NCBI GenBank assembly: GCA_001643675.2
Contig: LSRY02000012.1
Span: 682,001 to 746,000, forward strand
Direction of reading: 5' to 3'
Origin: Monocercomonoides exilis PA203
Taxonomy: Eukaryota; Protista; Preaxostyla
Length of the DNA stretch: 64,000 nucleotides
In this document: one piece after another, positions 48,802 through 58,959 of the stretch
How the letters are laid out: each line of letters opens with the position of its first letter
Numbering within the stretch: position 1 is the stretch's first letter
The notes under the pieces: generated by a model
Database searches by the model: none
What the model was told of the DNA's origin: nothing
What the model saw: the letters and a program-made list of their open reading frames with translations, nothing else
Position numbers and translations under genes: made by a program

Positions 48802-50800
48802 GGAAAATCGGTTGAGAGCTCGGGTTCTATCTTTCAAAAGTGAAAGTGCCCAAAACCTGAAGCGTGCTTTTGCAAGGGGGTGTTAATGGATATCCAATTG
48901 AAAATGAAAAAAAGAAATAATCATCTGCAAAAAATGTTTCATTGAATTTTTCATGAAAAATTATGTATTGCAACAGAAAGGCTTCTGCATCATACACAAT
49001 TCGTCATTCTTGATTTTCTGGTTTCCACGTTGACGGAATGCATTCTCTTGAGAAACTTAAAAATAGTTTCTGGCATTTTTGCTCACTGTTATTCTCCATT
49101 ATCTCTCAAGACAACATGGTTCCTATGTCTTCTCCTGTTCTTTCTTCCTCCTCTTTTGATGGCTCCTCCAAGTCGATTGCATCTGTCACAGTCAGCATCA
49201 CTGCCCCTGCCGGAAAGCGCTGGATGAACTCTCTTTTCAGATTGCCCAGCGTTGGTCGTTGCGAAGAATCTGGCGAAAAGCATTTTCTTACAACATGCGA
49301 CATTCCACACTTCTCCACCAGCTTCATATCTGGCCTCTCTCCATTCACAATCTTCTGCTCAGCTGCCTCTGCCTCATACTCCCCAAACGGGATCTTGAGT
49401 GTCAGGCACTCCCACAGCATCATCCCAATTGAGAATGAAACCGACTCCTTGGTTGCCCCCATCTTCTTGTTCATCAGCAGCTCAGGCGCCTTCCACCTCA
49501 GGCACTCTTTTTTGAAGTCATCCTCATCCTCAAACGCAGACGAGGGAAGAGAATCATCATCATCATCACAATCACTTGCAGATGTCACAACAGTTGACGA
49601 AGAGATGGATGATGAATCTGAATCATCATCGGACAATAAATCTGAGTGCATCACAATGCAGATAACCATATGTTCTGAGAACAACACAATATGTGGACTC
49701 AGATTGGCAAGGGAAGAGAGCGGATTGTTCATTTCATCAAAGGAGTGCAGTGCCAGATTAGCCACCCAGAACAGGATTTGGACAGCTGCATATTCTCTCT
49801 CCTGAAAGGTGCCAATCGCCATCTCTTTTTTCTCATTTCTTCCATGCAAAAGCATGAACAGCGAATCCCTCAAGTCCACAATCAGTTTCTCATGTGGTGA
49901 AGAGCAGGCCATTGCATCCACCAGATTCGACATCGATGAAGTGGTTGGACACAGACTCTCTGATCGAACAAAAGTGGATTCTGTGTCTGAAGTGTCTGTG
50001 GTTGAAGTGGATGAAATGGATGGCGACGGAGTTCTCTTTCTTATCTCTTCTTCTTTCTCATCAACCTTCTCCAATGCCCATTCTGGAATCTTGTCTGAAT
50101 CTCTTCCCAAGATATATTCAGTCGATCCACTCTCAGATAGAAGATGCTCCGATGATTCCGAGTGTCCCAAGCTTTTCGCATACACCCTCTTCTTTATCCT
50201 CTCTTCATTCTTCTTCTCCGCCTCCTTCTCTGCTCTCCTCCACTGCTCCTCAGGCGACATTTCCATCGTCACCATTTCAATCGCCTTCGGATCTTTCTTC
50301 ACTGTATCTTCCACAATTATTTCTAATTCTTCCGTTCTTCTCTTTTGCTTTCTCCATCGAACAGTTGAAATCACCGCAATCATTAGAATTATTAAAAGAA
50401 CAAAGGCCATAATAATCACAATGATTGGCCATATCGATTTTCCTTCTTTTCTTCCTTCAGCAATCCTTTCATCTCCATTTGTTTTGGGTTCACTTCTGTT
50501 CTTCAGGTTGAAAGAATCTGTTGAAGATGGATTATTAATATCCCCAAAAAGAATGCACACTTTCACTTCTGCTTCACTTGGTACACCTTCAATTGTCTTG
50601 ACAGGAACAGACCCATGTATCTCTTTCTCTGATATGAAACCGCTTGCATCAAACCCATATTTTTCGATCTGCTTTTCATCACCTATTTGTTTCACAACCA
50701 TGAACGATAAGTTGCAAGGGAGCAGCAGCTTCCCTTTGAACACAATATCCACTTCTGCTCCTTCTTCTTTTGTTTCCACACTCTCTAACACTGGAATGAA
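47687..50800 (-). repeat. Right arm of ~6.3 kb palindrome
   Basis: Mirror of 44466-47613; unique 73-bp spacer at 47614-47686. Confidence 0.97.
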
Positions 50801-53800
50801 AAATGCAGACACCCTTTCTCCTACAATCCCTTCCAATGAACATCCTTCATCCAATATCCACAACGATGTATTTGGCAATACTCCATCCCCTCCCTTCAAG
50901 CTCGTAACTTTCAATTTAGCGGAGCTTTCACACAAAACATTCCGTCTTACCGATCCATAATTCGCTATTGATGGATTATTGCTCTCAAATTTCCCATCAT
51001 ATATCTCCATATTACCTCCTGACAAGGAAATCCCTCCATTTTCTGAATTTACCAGTGTTGAATCCTTTATCAGCCCAGAACAATTTTGTAGATCGATCAT
51101 GGAGCCATTCCACTCACATAGCTCTTCAAATGGTTCTTTGTTGGCTCTCAACTCTTGTGTGCTTGCTGCTCCATCAAACACGCACGAAGATAAGCAAACA
51201 TCCGATAAATTCATCAAAGCAGCAATTCTCCCCTTTTCTGAGGATGAAATGCATTTTTGGTTGGTGCAATTCTCCAACTCCACCAACAAAGATGAAGATG
51301 AAGTGGCCAAACAGCACGGACCAAGCGAATCTCTCGTTATGTTTTGAAATGAAGACTGCTTCAGCAGGAATGTCGTAGCGTTTGATGTCACACTCACTGC
51401 ACATCCTTCTCCAAGCATCGCGCTGCAAATGGCCAAGAAATTCATCTCAACATTTGCATCTTCGCATTCAACAGAAACCAAGGATTTTTTTGAAGCGCGT
51501 GTATTGTCGAGTTCCAGGTGGCTGCACTGGATGTTTGAATGGACTCCTGGACTGTCTGAGGAAAACATAATCAAGCTTGCTTTGCTCTCTGCATTCTTGA
51601 TTTGAATTTTCTGGAGCTGAGAGTTTTTGCAGCTCCGAAGGATGAGAGCTGATCGATCAAACATGCAGCTGGAAACAAGCACTTGCTGCATAGAAAGGTT
51701 CACCAGATTGTGGAAGTTCAACAACACACCAGAATTCATATCAGAAATGTTCAAGTCCATAAATGAACAATACTGTCCGCCTCTTGCTTCCACACACGAA
51801 GAAATGAGACGAAGGGAGGCAAAAGTGCATCCGTTGATTGATAGTCTGCCATTCTCCACAAGAATTATTGAGCAGTTCAATTTATATTTGGAGTTTCCAT
51901 TCGAATCTTCTTGAGTAAATGCTGTATCTGCAATCAACAAGTTGCCATCAGTCAGCGATAACAAACTTGAATGAGAAGAAGAAAAAGCACTTCCAAACAA
52001 AAACGAAAGAGATTCCATTTTCACTCTCGACCAGCACGAAACGAGACTACCCTTCTTTCTTTCAATGATCCTGTTCAGGAGGATTGTCCCTCTGACGCCT
52101 TCTGCATCCAGCGACTTGATCGAGACATCATGGATGCTTGCTTCACCAGATACCAGAGAAATCTCGTCAACGAGCAAGTTGCTGTAAACAGAAGGAATGA
52201 TGTGAGACAATGCAATATTCAAGGAAGAGCAGGGCGCATTGATAGCTCCGCACTGGCGTGAATCTGAGGTGTTGTCGGATGAAGAAGATGCAAATATCGT
52301 CTCGCTCTGATATACAACCACAAGCAGCAACAGATCTTGCTCGTCTCCATAGTCTGGTGCTGTGCATCCCCACATAGCAAATTCTCGGACAAAGGGAGGT
52401 CTGAAATCGAGCTGGAATAGCTCAATGCTGATTTGAGATTTGATATTTGTGCATCTCACATACACGTCTCTTCCAACAAATGCTTTGTTCTCCATGAACG
52501 TAGTGTTTTTCAGCAGGAAAGGAAGCAAGCCTTCACTTTTGATTGATGAGCAATCCAGAAATATTGCTCCTCCCCTTCCAGTCGCCGAGCAGAAACATCC
52601 AGAGATTGTGGAAAAATTGCACTCGAAATATCCTCCTTCGTTCAATTTCATGACCATTCCTCCACCTTTCTCGCTTTGGCTGCTTCCACAGTTCTTCATC
52701 GACGTGTTTTGCACAGACACACTGCAAGGCTCGCTGCCAGTGCAGCTGATGATGGACGGCTCAGACGGAGCATTTTGGAGAAGCGAGAAAAGTGTGCAAC
52801 ATTTCAGCTGAACTGTTGGACTGTTGCCTTCATTCAATCTATGTGAGTTGCCTCGCAACTCAGTCTGCGCAAACGCTGATATTATGCTTTTACCCATCAG
52901 TTCCATGTTGTTCATTGAAACATTTGTCAAATCAATGCTGCTGCCATGCGATGCCATCAGAATGTGACTTTTGCATTTGATGGATTGGAACGAGCAGAAT
53001 GATAATTCGCAAGTTCCCGACAAGCAGGCAATAATGCAATAAGGAATGGCTGCTTCAGAAGCGCTGGCAAACAAGCAACCTTGAGCAGCAAAAGAGTTGC
53101 CAGTCGTGCCTATCAGCTTCGTCTGCTTCCATTCGGATCCATCCCCGCAGCAGATTTCAATGCTAACAAGGGTGCATGTTCCGGTGTTCACCAGCACAGA
53201 ATCGCTTTCTTCTTCCTTTCCTGCCTGAGGCGAAATGGCTGCTCCAAAAGTCAGGGAAGGGTGAGACTTGACATCAACTGAAGTCACAGTTACGTTTGAA
53301 ATGTCAACCTCGCTGTTCACCTGTGCTTCTTCGATGATTACGAAAGTGTTCATGCTTGGTTGTGCTGGATCTTCCAAAGCACGAAAATGCTTCTGCCCAT
53401 ACTCCATTGTTGCACATGGCTCTTCTCCACTCCCACACCGGAGGACATCCCACCCGCTGTTCTTGCTGAGATGGATTTCCTGAGAAGCAAATCCAATCAG
53501 AAATCTGCACAGATCGAAGTTTGTTTTTGTGGTGTCATTCCCCACGAACAAGTTTGTATCGCTTGCTGTCTCACTCACTTCAAATGCCAATGTCTGTTTT
53601 GTGATGGAAACGTTCAGGTCTGACGAGAGAAAGAACATGTTTTTCCCGTGCTTTGCAGAGCATTGATCGAAGGCTATCTGCTGGAAGGAGAATGCATTGT
53701 AAGCCGAACAGTCGAAATAGATGCCTCCTCCTTTACCATCTGTTTCATTTTCCGCGCAGCATTTCGTGAACGTGGCGTTTTCCATCGTAAATTGCCCTTG

Positions 53801-56800
53801 AGCTTCAACAGCAACTTTCATTGAGCCTCCATCGATGCTCTGAGCGCCTTTGGCATTCGTGACGTTCCAATTCAAACACTCAACCCGGCTCGAAATTGAG
53901 GACGAAATCAACGCAGCGCTGTTTGCATTGCCATTTGTTATCCCTTCAAAAGAGCATTGTGAAAGAGAGATAACCTCGTCACTCGTTGTATAGTCGTTCA
54001 GCTGTTTGGATGTTAACGATGGAATCACACCGATGAGAGGCTGATCGCCAATGTCTGTGTTCTTAACTTTCAAAAAAATGATCGTTGTTGAGGTGCTGGC
54101 TGTGTTCTCGCTCACTGCAATCGGCGTATGCTGAAGATTCGCTGAACTCAATTGGCAGTAGTCCATATTGAGACTTCCTCCGCACATCTGAAAAAGCCAA
54201 TAACTTATCTGGCCGGGCTCTCCCATTTGCACCCCAAATGTGCACTTTGTCAGCGACATGTTGCTCTCAGAAGACAAGAATATCAGCGTTTCTATTTCAG
54301 CATCGAACGAAGATGGTAGCAAAAAGTGGATTAATTCAATGGACACATTCCCCGTGGCTGATATCACTTTTCCACTCAAAGCATTCAGCGACTTTGCACA
54401 AGTCATTTCGGCTTTTGAAGTGTTTGATGATCTCAAGATCAAATCGGGATGATTCAGTTCGCTCTCAATTATAGCTGATTTGACGATAGCTATTGTTTTT
54501 GCGTTTTCCTCTTCCAGTCTCCCCACACAATAATCAATTGACTGACACGGATAATCAGAGAACCCGCACATCACAGTATCAGCGCTATCCTCTCTTCCAA
54601 CATGGATTGCGCTTCCAACTTCATCCAGAAACAGAACCAACGGGATCGAATGCTCATAATCAGTCCCAGTGAACCCGCACAAATCATCAAAGGAGCTATG
54701 CCCCAGAGCATAAGCAAAAGGAAGCGTTTCGTTCGTGATCGATTTCTTGAGGTCTGGTGATTGAACAAACAAGTCCTTTCCATGCTTCGCTTTATTCGGC
54801 TTTTCTGATGAAAAAGAAGGATTTGTGATGGCAAATGCTGCATCCGAGTGCTCAAGATTCAGAAAGATCCCTCCTCCAAATCCCACCTGCGAATCGAAAG
54901 GCGCCTCGCACTCTTCGAAGAAACATCCAGAAATTGTTGCAGAGCATGTGTTTGGCAGCGAGAGGAACAGTGCACCGCCTCCATTTCCATCACCAGAAAT
55001 AATACAATGCTCAAAGTTGCATCCGCTTATTGAAGCTTCGCAACCATTCACTGACCCTTCGCACCAAAGTGCATTCAGGCATCCGCCATTCTGCTCGCTC
55101 TCAACATTCCAGAATGAAGCATTGGCAAGAGAAATAGTTTTGCAATCCGACAAAGCAATTGCACTTCCTTGCGAAAATCCAAATCCAGAGACATTTACTA
55201 ATTCGATCGTCAACGAACCTTCTTCAACTTGAATCAAGGATTTTGTTGAGGCCTGAGTCGATTGGGCGCTTTTGGTGAAACTGCACAGCTCCAACCTAAT
55301 TGAACCAGATGAGCCAATTGCAATTGCTGATCGGTTGAACACGCAAGCAAAGGAAATCTTCTTTGCATTCAGTGAGCCATTCCCTATAGAGATCAAGCAG
55401 TCATTTGACGAGGCTTCGCGACTCTTTATTACCGATGAGTTGTTCTCTGCTCCGATGAGAACGATATTTCTCCAGTCGATGTCAATCATGTCTTCTTTGA
55501 ATTCTTCACTGTCCATAAAAACATTCTGCCCCAAATATGAATTCCATCTCGTCACCCCATATTCCACCGTTTGGCATTCTGAATTTGTTCCTCCGCAAGT
55601 GTCCTCGTCGCTTCCAGAATTGCTGATGAGTATTTCTGGCTGAGCTGTTGGTAAATATGAATCGTATGAAGCACCTCTATCTCCGCAGTCCAACGCATAT
55701 GTAATGCATTGCACGACTTTCCTTGGAGCAGTTGAAAGCGTAAAACTTTGCAATATCTGAATTGTGTTATTTAACAAGCTATATCCCTTTCCAATATAAA
55801 TATCTGCTGCGTGTGTCGTTTTCTGCACTGTATTGTTTTCAAATAAGCAAAACTGAATGTTGACGATTTTACTGTAATCATTAAATGAAACATCAAAGCC
55901 GCCTGAGCCCAGTTGTGAATCTCCTTTTAATAAATAGCTATTTGACATCACAAAAGTAACTTTAGGATTCTGTAGAAATACAGTTCCAGCATAAAAATTA
56001 AAAGCTTTGTTGCATTTGAAGATAGTGTTGTAAATTGATCCACTTCCTCCAATATACCATCCAACGCTTCCTCCATAAGCTGCTGAGCAATTTTCAAAAG
56101 TGCAGCCAATAACAATAGAAAATTTATTTAAAATATGAGCAAATGCTCCTCCGATAGATTGTACTCCCGTTCCTCTGCAATTATTAAATATTGAATTTTC
56201 AATGAAGCAGTCGCTTCCATTGGTAAAAATTGCACCCCCGTAACCATATTGACCATTATATGTATCGGTGCATTCGGAAAACGTGCATTTTCCTACAATG
56301 AGCTTGGCACTTCCGCCAACTGAAATTGCACCCCCATGCAAAGCGCTACATTCTGCAAAACTGCAATCTTCAAAGGTGATGTCCCCCCCTGAAAATGTTT
56401 GTGCTGCGTTTGTATAGGTCTGGTGAGAATATATGTTTCTCGAACGAATAAAAGATGTGTTCAAGGAGCTGAAATCATATCCGCGGCAGCCAGAAATGAT
56501 CACCCCATAAAATGGACAAACACAATCAGCGACCATGCAGCCTTCCATTTTGCTCTCCTGCAAAGAATGCTTTTGTAGCAAGTTTTTGCTGCTGCTCTGA
56601 ACAGAAATGTTGTGGAAGCCGCAAAAAGAAGCTGAGGCAAATGACAAATCGACATCTCCAATGAACGAATTCGCAAGCGAGGCACAAAACGAAAAAAATG
56701 TGCAACACAAAACATGAACACGTCCCGTCAAAGGTTGTGAGCGAGAGCTTGCTGAGACAAGAGATGGCCATGTCTGTTGCTGAAAAGTCCTTTGCAAAGA

Positions 56801-57337
56801 AATATTCGTCAATCTTATCGTTCCTCCAGCACAGTCAAAAGGAGATAATTCCGTCTCTGTCATCACATTTATGATGCAATTGCTTACAGATAATGTGGAC
56901 AATTCATTTCTCACAGAAATGGAAGATGTATTTTTTTGAACAATTTTTATTCGCTCAACGGCCAACGATGCGTTCAGAACCATCATCCTGCTGCAAATCC
57001 AACTCCGCTTATTCTTGCATTTATTGAGTGTTCCAGCAAGAAAGTTATGATTAAATGCCCTCTCAAAGTCCTCCTGCAATTGATTTATGCTTTTTTCTGT
57101 ATTTGGTGACCAGCTAGATGAATTAAAAACCTGTAGCTCATTAGACTTCACCGTATTGATTGCATCCACACTGTGCATGGAAGATACATTTTTGCATGTC
57201 TCATTGACGTTTCCTAACTCTCCAATGCCATATTCCTGTAAATCGTTCTTTACAAATTCATCTCCTTTCCAAGAGATATCTTCTGTGCATGACAGAGTAG
57301 AAATAATTATTGATACACTAATGCTCGTGAAAAGCAT
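49106..57337 (-). CDS. Giant single-pass receptor 3 (same family, ~2743 aa from ATG 57337)
   Basis: The track start is TTG; the first ATG gives signal peptide MLFTSISVSIIISTLSC. GGAI repeats, four CG..C modules. The C-terminal 564 aa match receptor 2 except one Q/R change. Confidence 0.88.
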   Translation of the reverse strand: MLFTSISVSIIISTLSCTEDISWKGDEFVKNDLQEYGIGELGNVNETCKNVSSMHSVDAINTVKSNELQVFNSSSWSPNTEKSINQLQEDFERAFNHNFLAGTLNKCKNKRSWICSRMMVLNASLAVERIKIVQKNTSSISVRNELSTLSVSNCIINVMTETELSPFDCAGGTIRLTNISLQRTFQQQTWPSLVSASSRSQPLTGRVHVLCCTFFSFCASLANSFIGDVDLSFASASFCGFHNISVQSSSKNLLQKHSLQESKMEGCMVADCVCPFYGVIISGCRGYDFSSLNTSFIRSRNIYSHQTYTNAAQTFSGGDITFEDCSFAECSALHGGAISVGGSAKLIVGKCTFSECTDTYNGQYGYGGAIFTNGSDCFIENSIFNNCRGTGVQSIGGAFAHILNKFSIVIGCTFENCSAAYGGSVGWYIGGSGSIYNTIFKCNKAFNFYAGTVFLQNPKVTFVMSNSYLLKGDSQLGSGGFDVSFNDYSKIVNIQFCLFENNTVQKTTHAADIYIGKGYSLLNNTIQILQSFTLSTAPRKVVQCITYALDCGDRGASYDSYLPTAQPEILISNSGSDEDTCGGTNSECQTVEYGVTRWNSYLGQNVFMDSEEFKEDMIDIDWRNIVLIGAENNSSVIKSREASSNDCLISIGNGSLNAKKISFACVFNRSAIAIGSSGSIRLELCSFTKSAQSTQASTKSLIQVEEGSLTIELVNVSGFGFSQGSAIALSDCKTISLANASFWNVESEQNGGCLNALWCEGSVNGCEASISGCNFEHCIISGDGNGGGALFLSLPNTCSATISGCFFEECEAPFDSQVGFGGGIFLNLEHSDAAFAITNPSFSSEKPNKAKHGKDLFVQSPDLKKSITNETLPFAYALGHSSFDDLCGFTGTDYEHSIPLVLFLDEVGSAIHVGREDSADTVMCGFSDYPCQSIDYCVGRLEEENAKTIAIVKSAIIESELNHPDLILRSSNTSKAEMTCAKSLNALSGKVISATGNVSIELIHFLLPSSFDAEIETLIFLSSESNMSLTKCTFGVQMGEPGQISYWLFQMCGGSLNMDYCQLSSANLQHTPIAVSENTASTSTTIIFLKVKNTDIGDQPLIGVIPSLTSKQLNDYTTSDEVISLSQCSFEGITNGNANSAALISSSISSRVECLNWNVTNAKGAQSIDGGSMKVAVEAQGQFTMENATFTKCCAENETDGKGGGIYFDCSAYNAFSFQQIAFDQCSAKHGKNMFFLSSDLNVSITKQTLAFEVSETASDTNLFVGNDTTKTNFDLCRFLIGFASQEIHLSKNSGWDVLRCGSGEEPCATMEYGQKHFRALEDPAQPSMNTFVIIEEAQVNSEVDISNVTVTSVDVKSHPSLTFGAAISPQAGKEEESDSVLVNTGTCTLVSIEICCGDGSEWKQTKLIGTTGNSFAAQGCLFASASEAAIPYCIIACLSGTCELSFCSFQSIKCKSHILMASHGSSIDLTNVSMNNMELMGKSIISAFAQTELRGNSHRLNEGNSPTVQLKCCTLFSLLQNAPSEPSIISCTGSEPCSVSVQNTSMKNCGSSQSEKGGGMVMKLNEGGYFECNFSTISGCFCSATGRGGAIFLDCSSIKSEGLLPFLLKNTTFMENKAFVGRDVYVRCTNIKSQISIELFQLDFRPPFVREFAMWGCTAPDYGDEQDLLLLVVVYQSETIFASSSSDNTSDSRQCGAINAPCSSLNIALSHIIPSVYSNLLVDEISLVSGEASIHDVSIKSLDAEGVRGTILLNRIIERKKGSLVSCWSRVKMESLSFLFGSAFSSSHSSLLSLTDGNLLIADTAFTQEDSNGNSKYKLNCSIILVENGRLSINGCTFASLRLISSCVEARGGQYCSFMDLNISDMNSGVLLNFHNLVNLSMQQVLVSSCMFDRSALILRSCKNSQLQKIQIKNAESKASLIMFSSDSPGVHSNIQCSHLELDNTRASKKSLVSVECEDANVEMNFLAICSAMLGEGCAVSVTSNATTFLLKQSSFQNITRDSLGPCCLATSSSSLLVELENCTNQKCISSSEKGRIAALMNLSDVCLSSCVFDGAASTQELRANKEPFEELCEWNGSMIDLQNCSGLIKDSTLVNSENGGISLSGGNMEIYDGKFESNNPSIANYGSVRRNVLCESSAKLKVTSLKGGDGVLPNTSLWILDEGCSLEGIVGERVSAFFIPVLESVETKEEGAEVDIVFKGKLLLPCNLSFMVVKQIGDEKQIEKYGFDASGFISEKEIHGSVPVKTIEGVPSEAEVKVCILFGDINNPSSTDSFNLKNRSEPKTNGDERIAEGRKEGKSIWPIIVIIMAFVLLIILMIAVISTVRWRKQKRRTEELEIIVEDTVKKDPKAIEMVTMEMSPEEQWRRAEKEAEKKNEERIKKRVYAKSLGHSESSEHLLSESGSTEYILGRDSDKIPEWALEKVDEKEEEIRKRTPSPSISSTSTTDTSDTESTFVRSESLCPTTSSMSNLVDAMACSSPHEKLIVDLRDSLFMLLHGRNEKKEMAIGTFQEREYAAVQILFWVANLALHSFDEMNNPLSSLANLSPHIVLFSEHMVICIVMHSDLLSDDDSDSSSISSSTVVTSASDCDDDDDSLPSSAFEDEDDFKKECLRWKAPELLMNKKMGATKESVSFSIGMMLWECLTLKIPFGEYEAEAAEQKIVNGERPDMKLVEKCGMSHVVRKCFSPDSSQRPTLGNLKREFIQRFPAGAVMLTVTDAIDLEEPSKEEEERTGEDIGTMLS

Positions 57338-57544
57338 GGTTCCTGCTCTCTCTTTGCCGCACAAAACAATGTTAAATTTCAAATTTAAATTTATTTTGAG
57401 TTTTGATCAATTTTTCATAATGTTGGTTATATGTTCGGATCACACGTTCTTCATTTGATTTTTAACACTGAAATTGTATTTGCTTGTATCTGTTGTTCTG
57501 GTATCATTGTTCGGAGTTGAGCTTGATAATGCGTTTTAAGCATA

Positions 57545-57941
57545 CAGATATCGTATTAAATACCGGACATCGCACAAAATACCGGACAAGATCGATTTCA
57601 CAATAACTGCAAGAGGAATAATTCTGTTAATTTTCCTCAAAATACATCTCATTAATACAAACTCATTTGAAAAACAAGACTTCACTTCATCTTTATTTGT
57701 GCTCAGAAAAAAAATAATTATATAATTCTCGGAGAAATTGGATTTAAGTTTCTCTGAGATTTTAATTATCATTTTTTTCTGAGTACGAATGAAGCTATAA
57801 TGAAAGTTTTGTATATCAAATGAGTTTGTATTGATGAGATATATTTTGAGGAAATTTGTCAGAATTATTCCTCTTACACTTATTGTGAAATCGATCTTGT
57901 CCAGTATTTTGTGCGATGTACGGTATTTAATGCGATATCTG
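57545..57941. mobile_element. Tc1/mariner-like palindromic MITE (~397 bp)
   Basis: TA|CAGATATCG...CGATATCTG|TA; the two halves pair imperfectly almost to the centre (~57743). Confidence 0.78.
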
Positions 57942-58261
57942 TAATTGCGTTATATCGGTCAACACAAATTCTTGCTTTTTTGCATCTTTCATACTGAATT
58001 ATTTTTTTAATTCATTTTTAATATAATTTTGTGGTTAGGAAAACAGTTTCTCAAAAATAAAATTATTTTGAAAATATCAGAATCTATAGATATATTCCGA
58101 TATGGTGTGATTGAAAAACAGAATATTCAGTTCAATACGGAGATAATCACATCGAATACAATCACGTTCGTTTATTATCACATTTTTCCATGCACCGACA
58201 ATTTTTGTCCAATTTTTTTTATTCATTTCCATCGTCTATTATCACAGGGCAAAATATATAT

Positions 58262-58501
58262 GGGTGATTATTTTTGAAAAGTCGCAAATGTTTAATTATC
58301 AAATAAATCAAAAATTTCATATATTGCTCAAATTTTTATAAACATACAACAAACTTCTCTTATGTAGAATCTATTTCTGGATAATGCTATTTTATTCATT
58401 CCAAAGAATATTCGTGAGCAGAAACAGAAATTTGAACAAAATATGAAATTTTTGATTCATATGAAAATTAAACATTTGCGACTTTTCAAAAAGAATTACC
58501 C
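58262..58501. mobile_element. MITE family A copy 2 (240 bp)
   Basis: ATAT|GGGTGATTATTTTTGAAAAGTCGCAAATGTTTAATT ... AATTAAACATTTGCGACTTTTCAAAAAGAATTACCC|ATAT; arms ~75 bp. Confidence 0.8.
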
Positions 58502-58959
58502 ATATAATCTCATTTTGTTAAATCATGTGTTGATTTTTCATTGAAAAATCGATTTTTTGATCAAAAATTTTAATTTTTTGATTTTTCAAAAATGAACTCA
58601 AATAAGTCAAAATAATGTGTATTTATGATCAAAATTGTTCAAACAAGTGAAAAAAGTGAATTTGTGTAGAATTTTCAAAAATAAAAAAATTAACACAATT
58701 TCAGATAATTAATTAACTAATTTATTTTTATTTTTTTCTGTGGAAAGAAGGATCGGATATTGTCACAATCGGATGAAGTCACAAAAAGTTGTGCAAAACC
58801 CGATGAGATTATATCCGGTTTTGACTGAAAACATAATTCGCAATAGAGCGAATCTGTGAACACAAGGAGCAGGTTTGCTCCGAGATAATGAGTATTAGTG
58901 ATAAAGAATGGGTGGTTTAAGATTAAACTTCGCTAACAAATAAACTTTCCTTACGTTCC

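Noticed and set aside
44306-50960. 383-aa, 255-aa and 172-aa ORFs each appearing twice
   Set aside because: Antisense to the receptor tails and duplicated only because of the palindrome; no independent domain signal.
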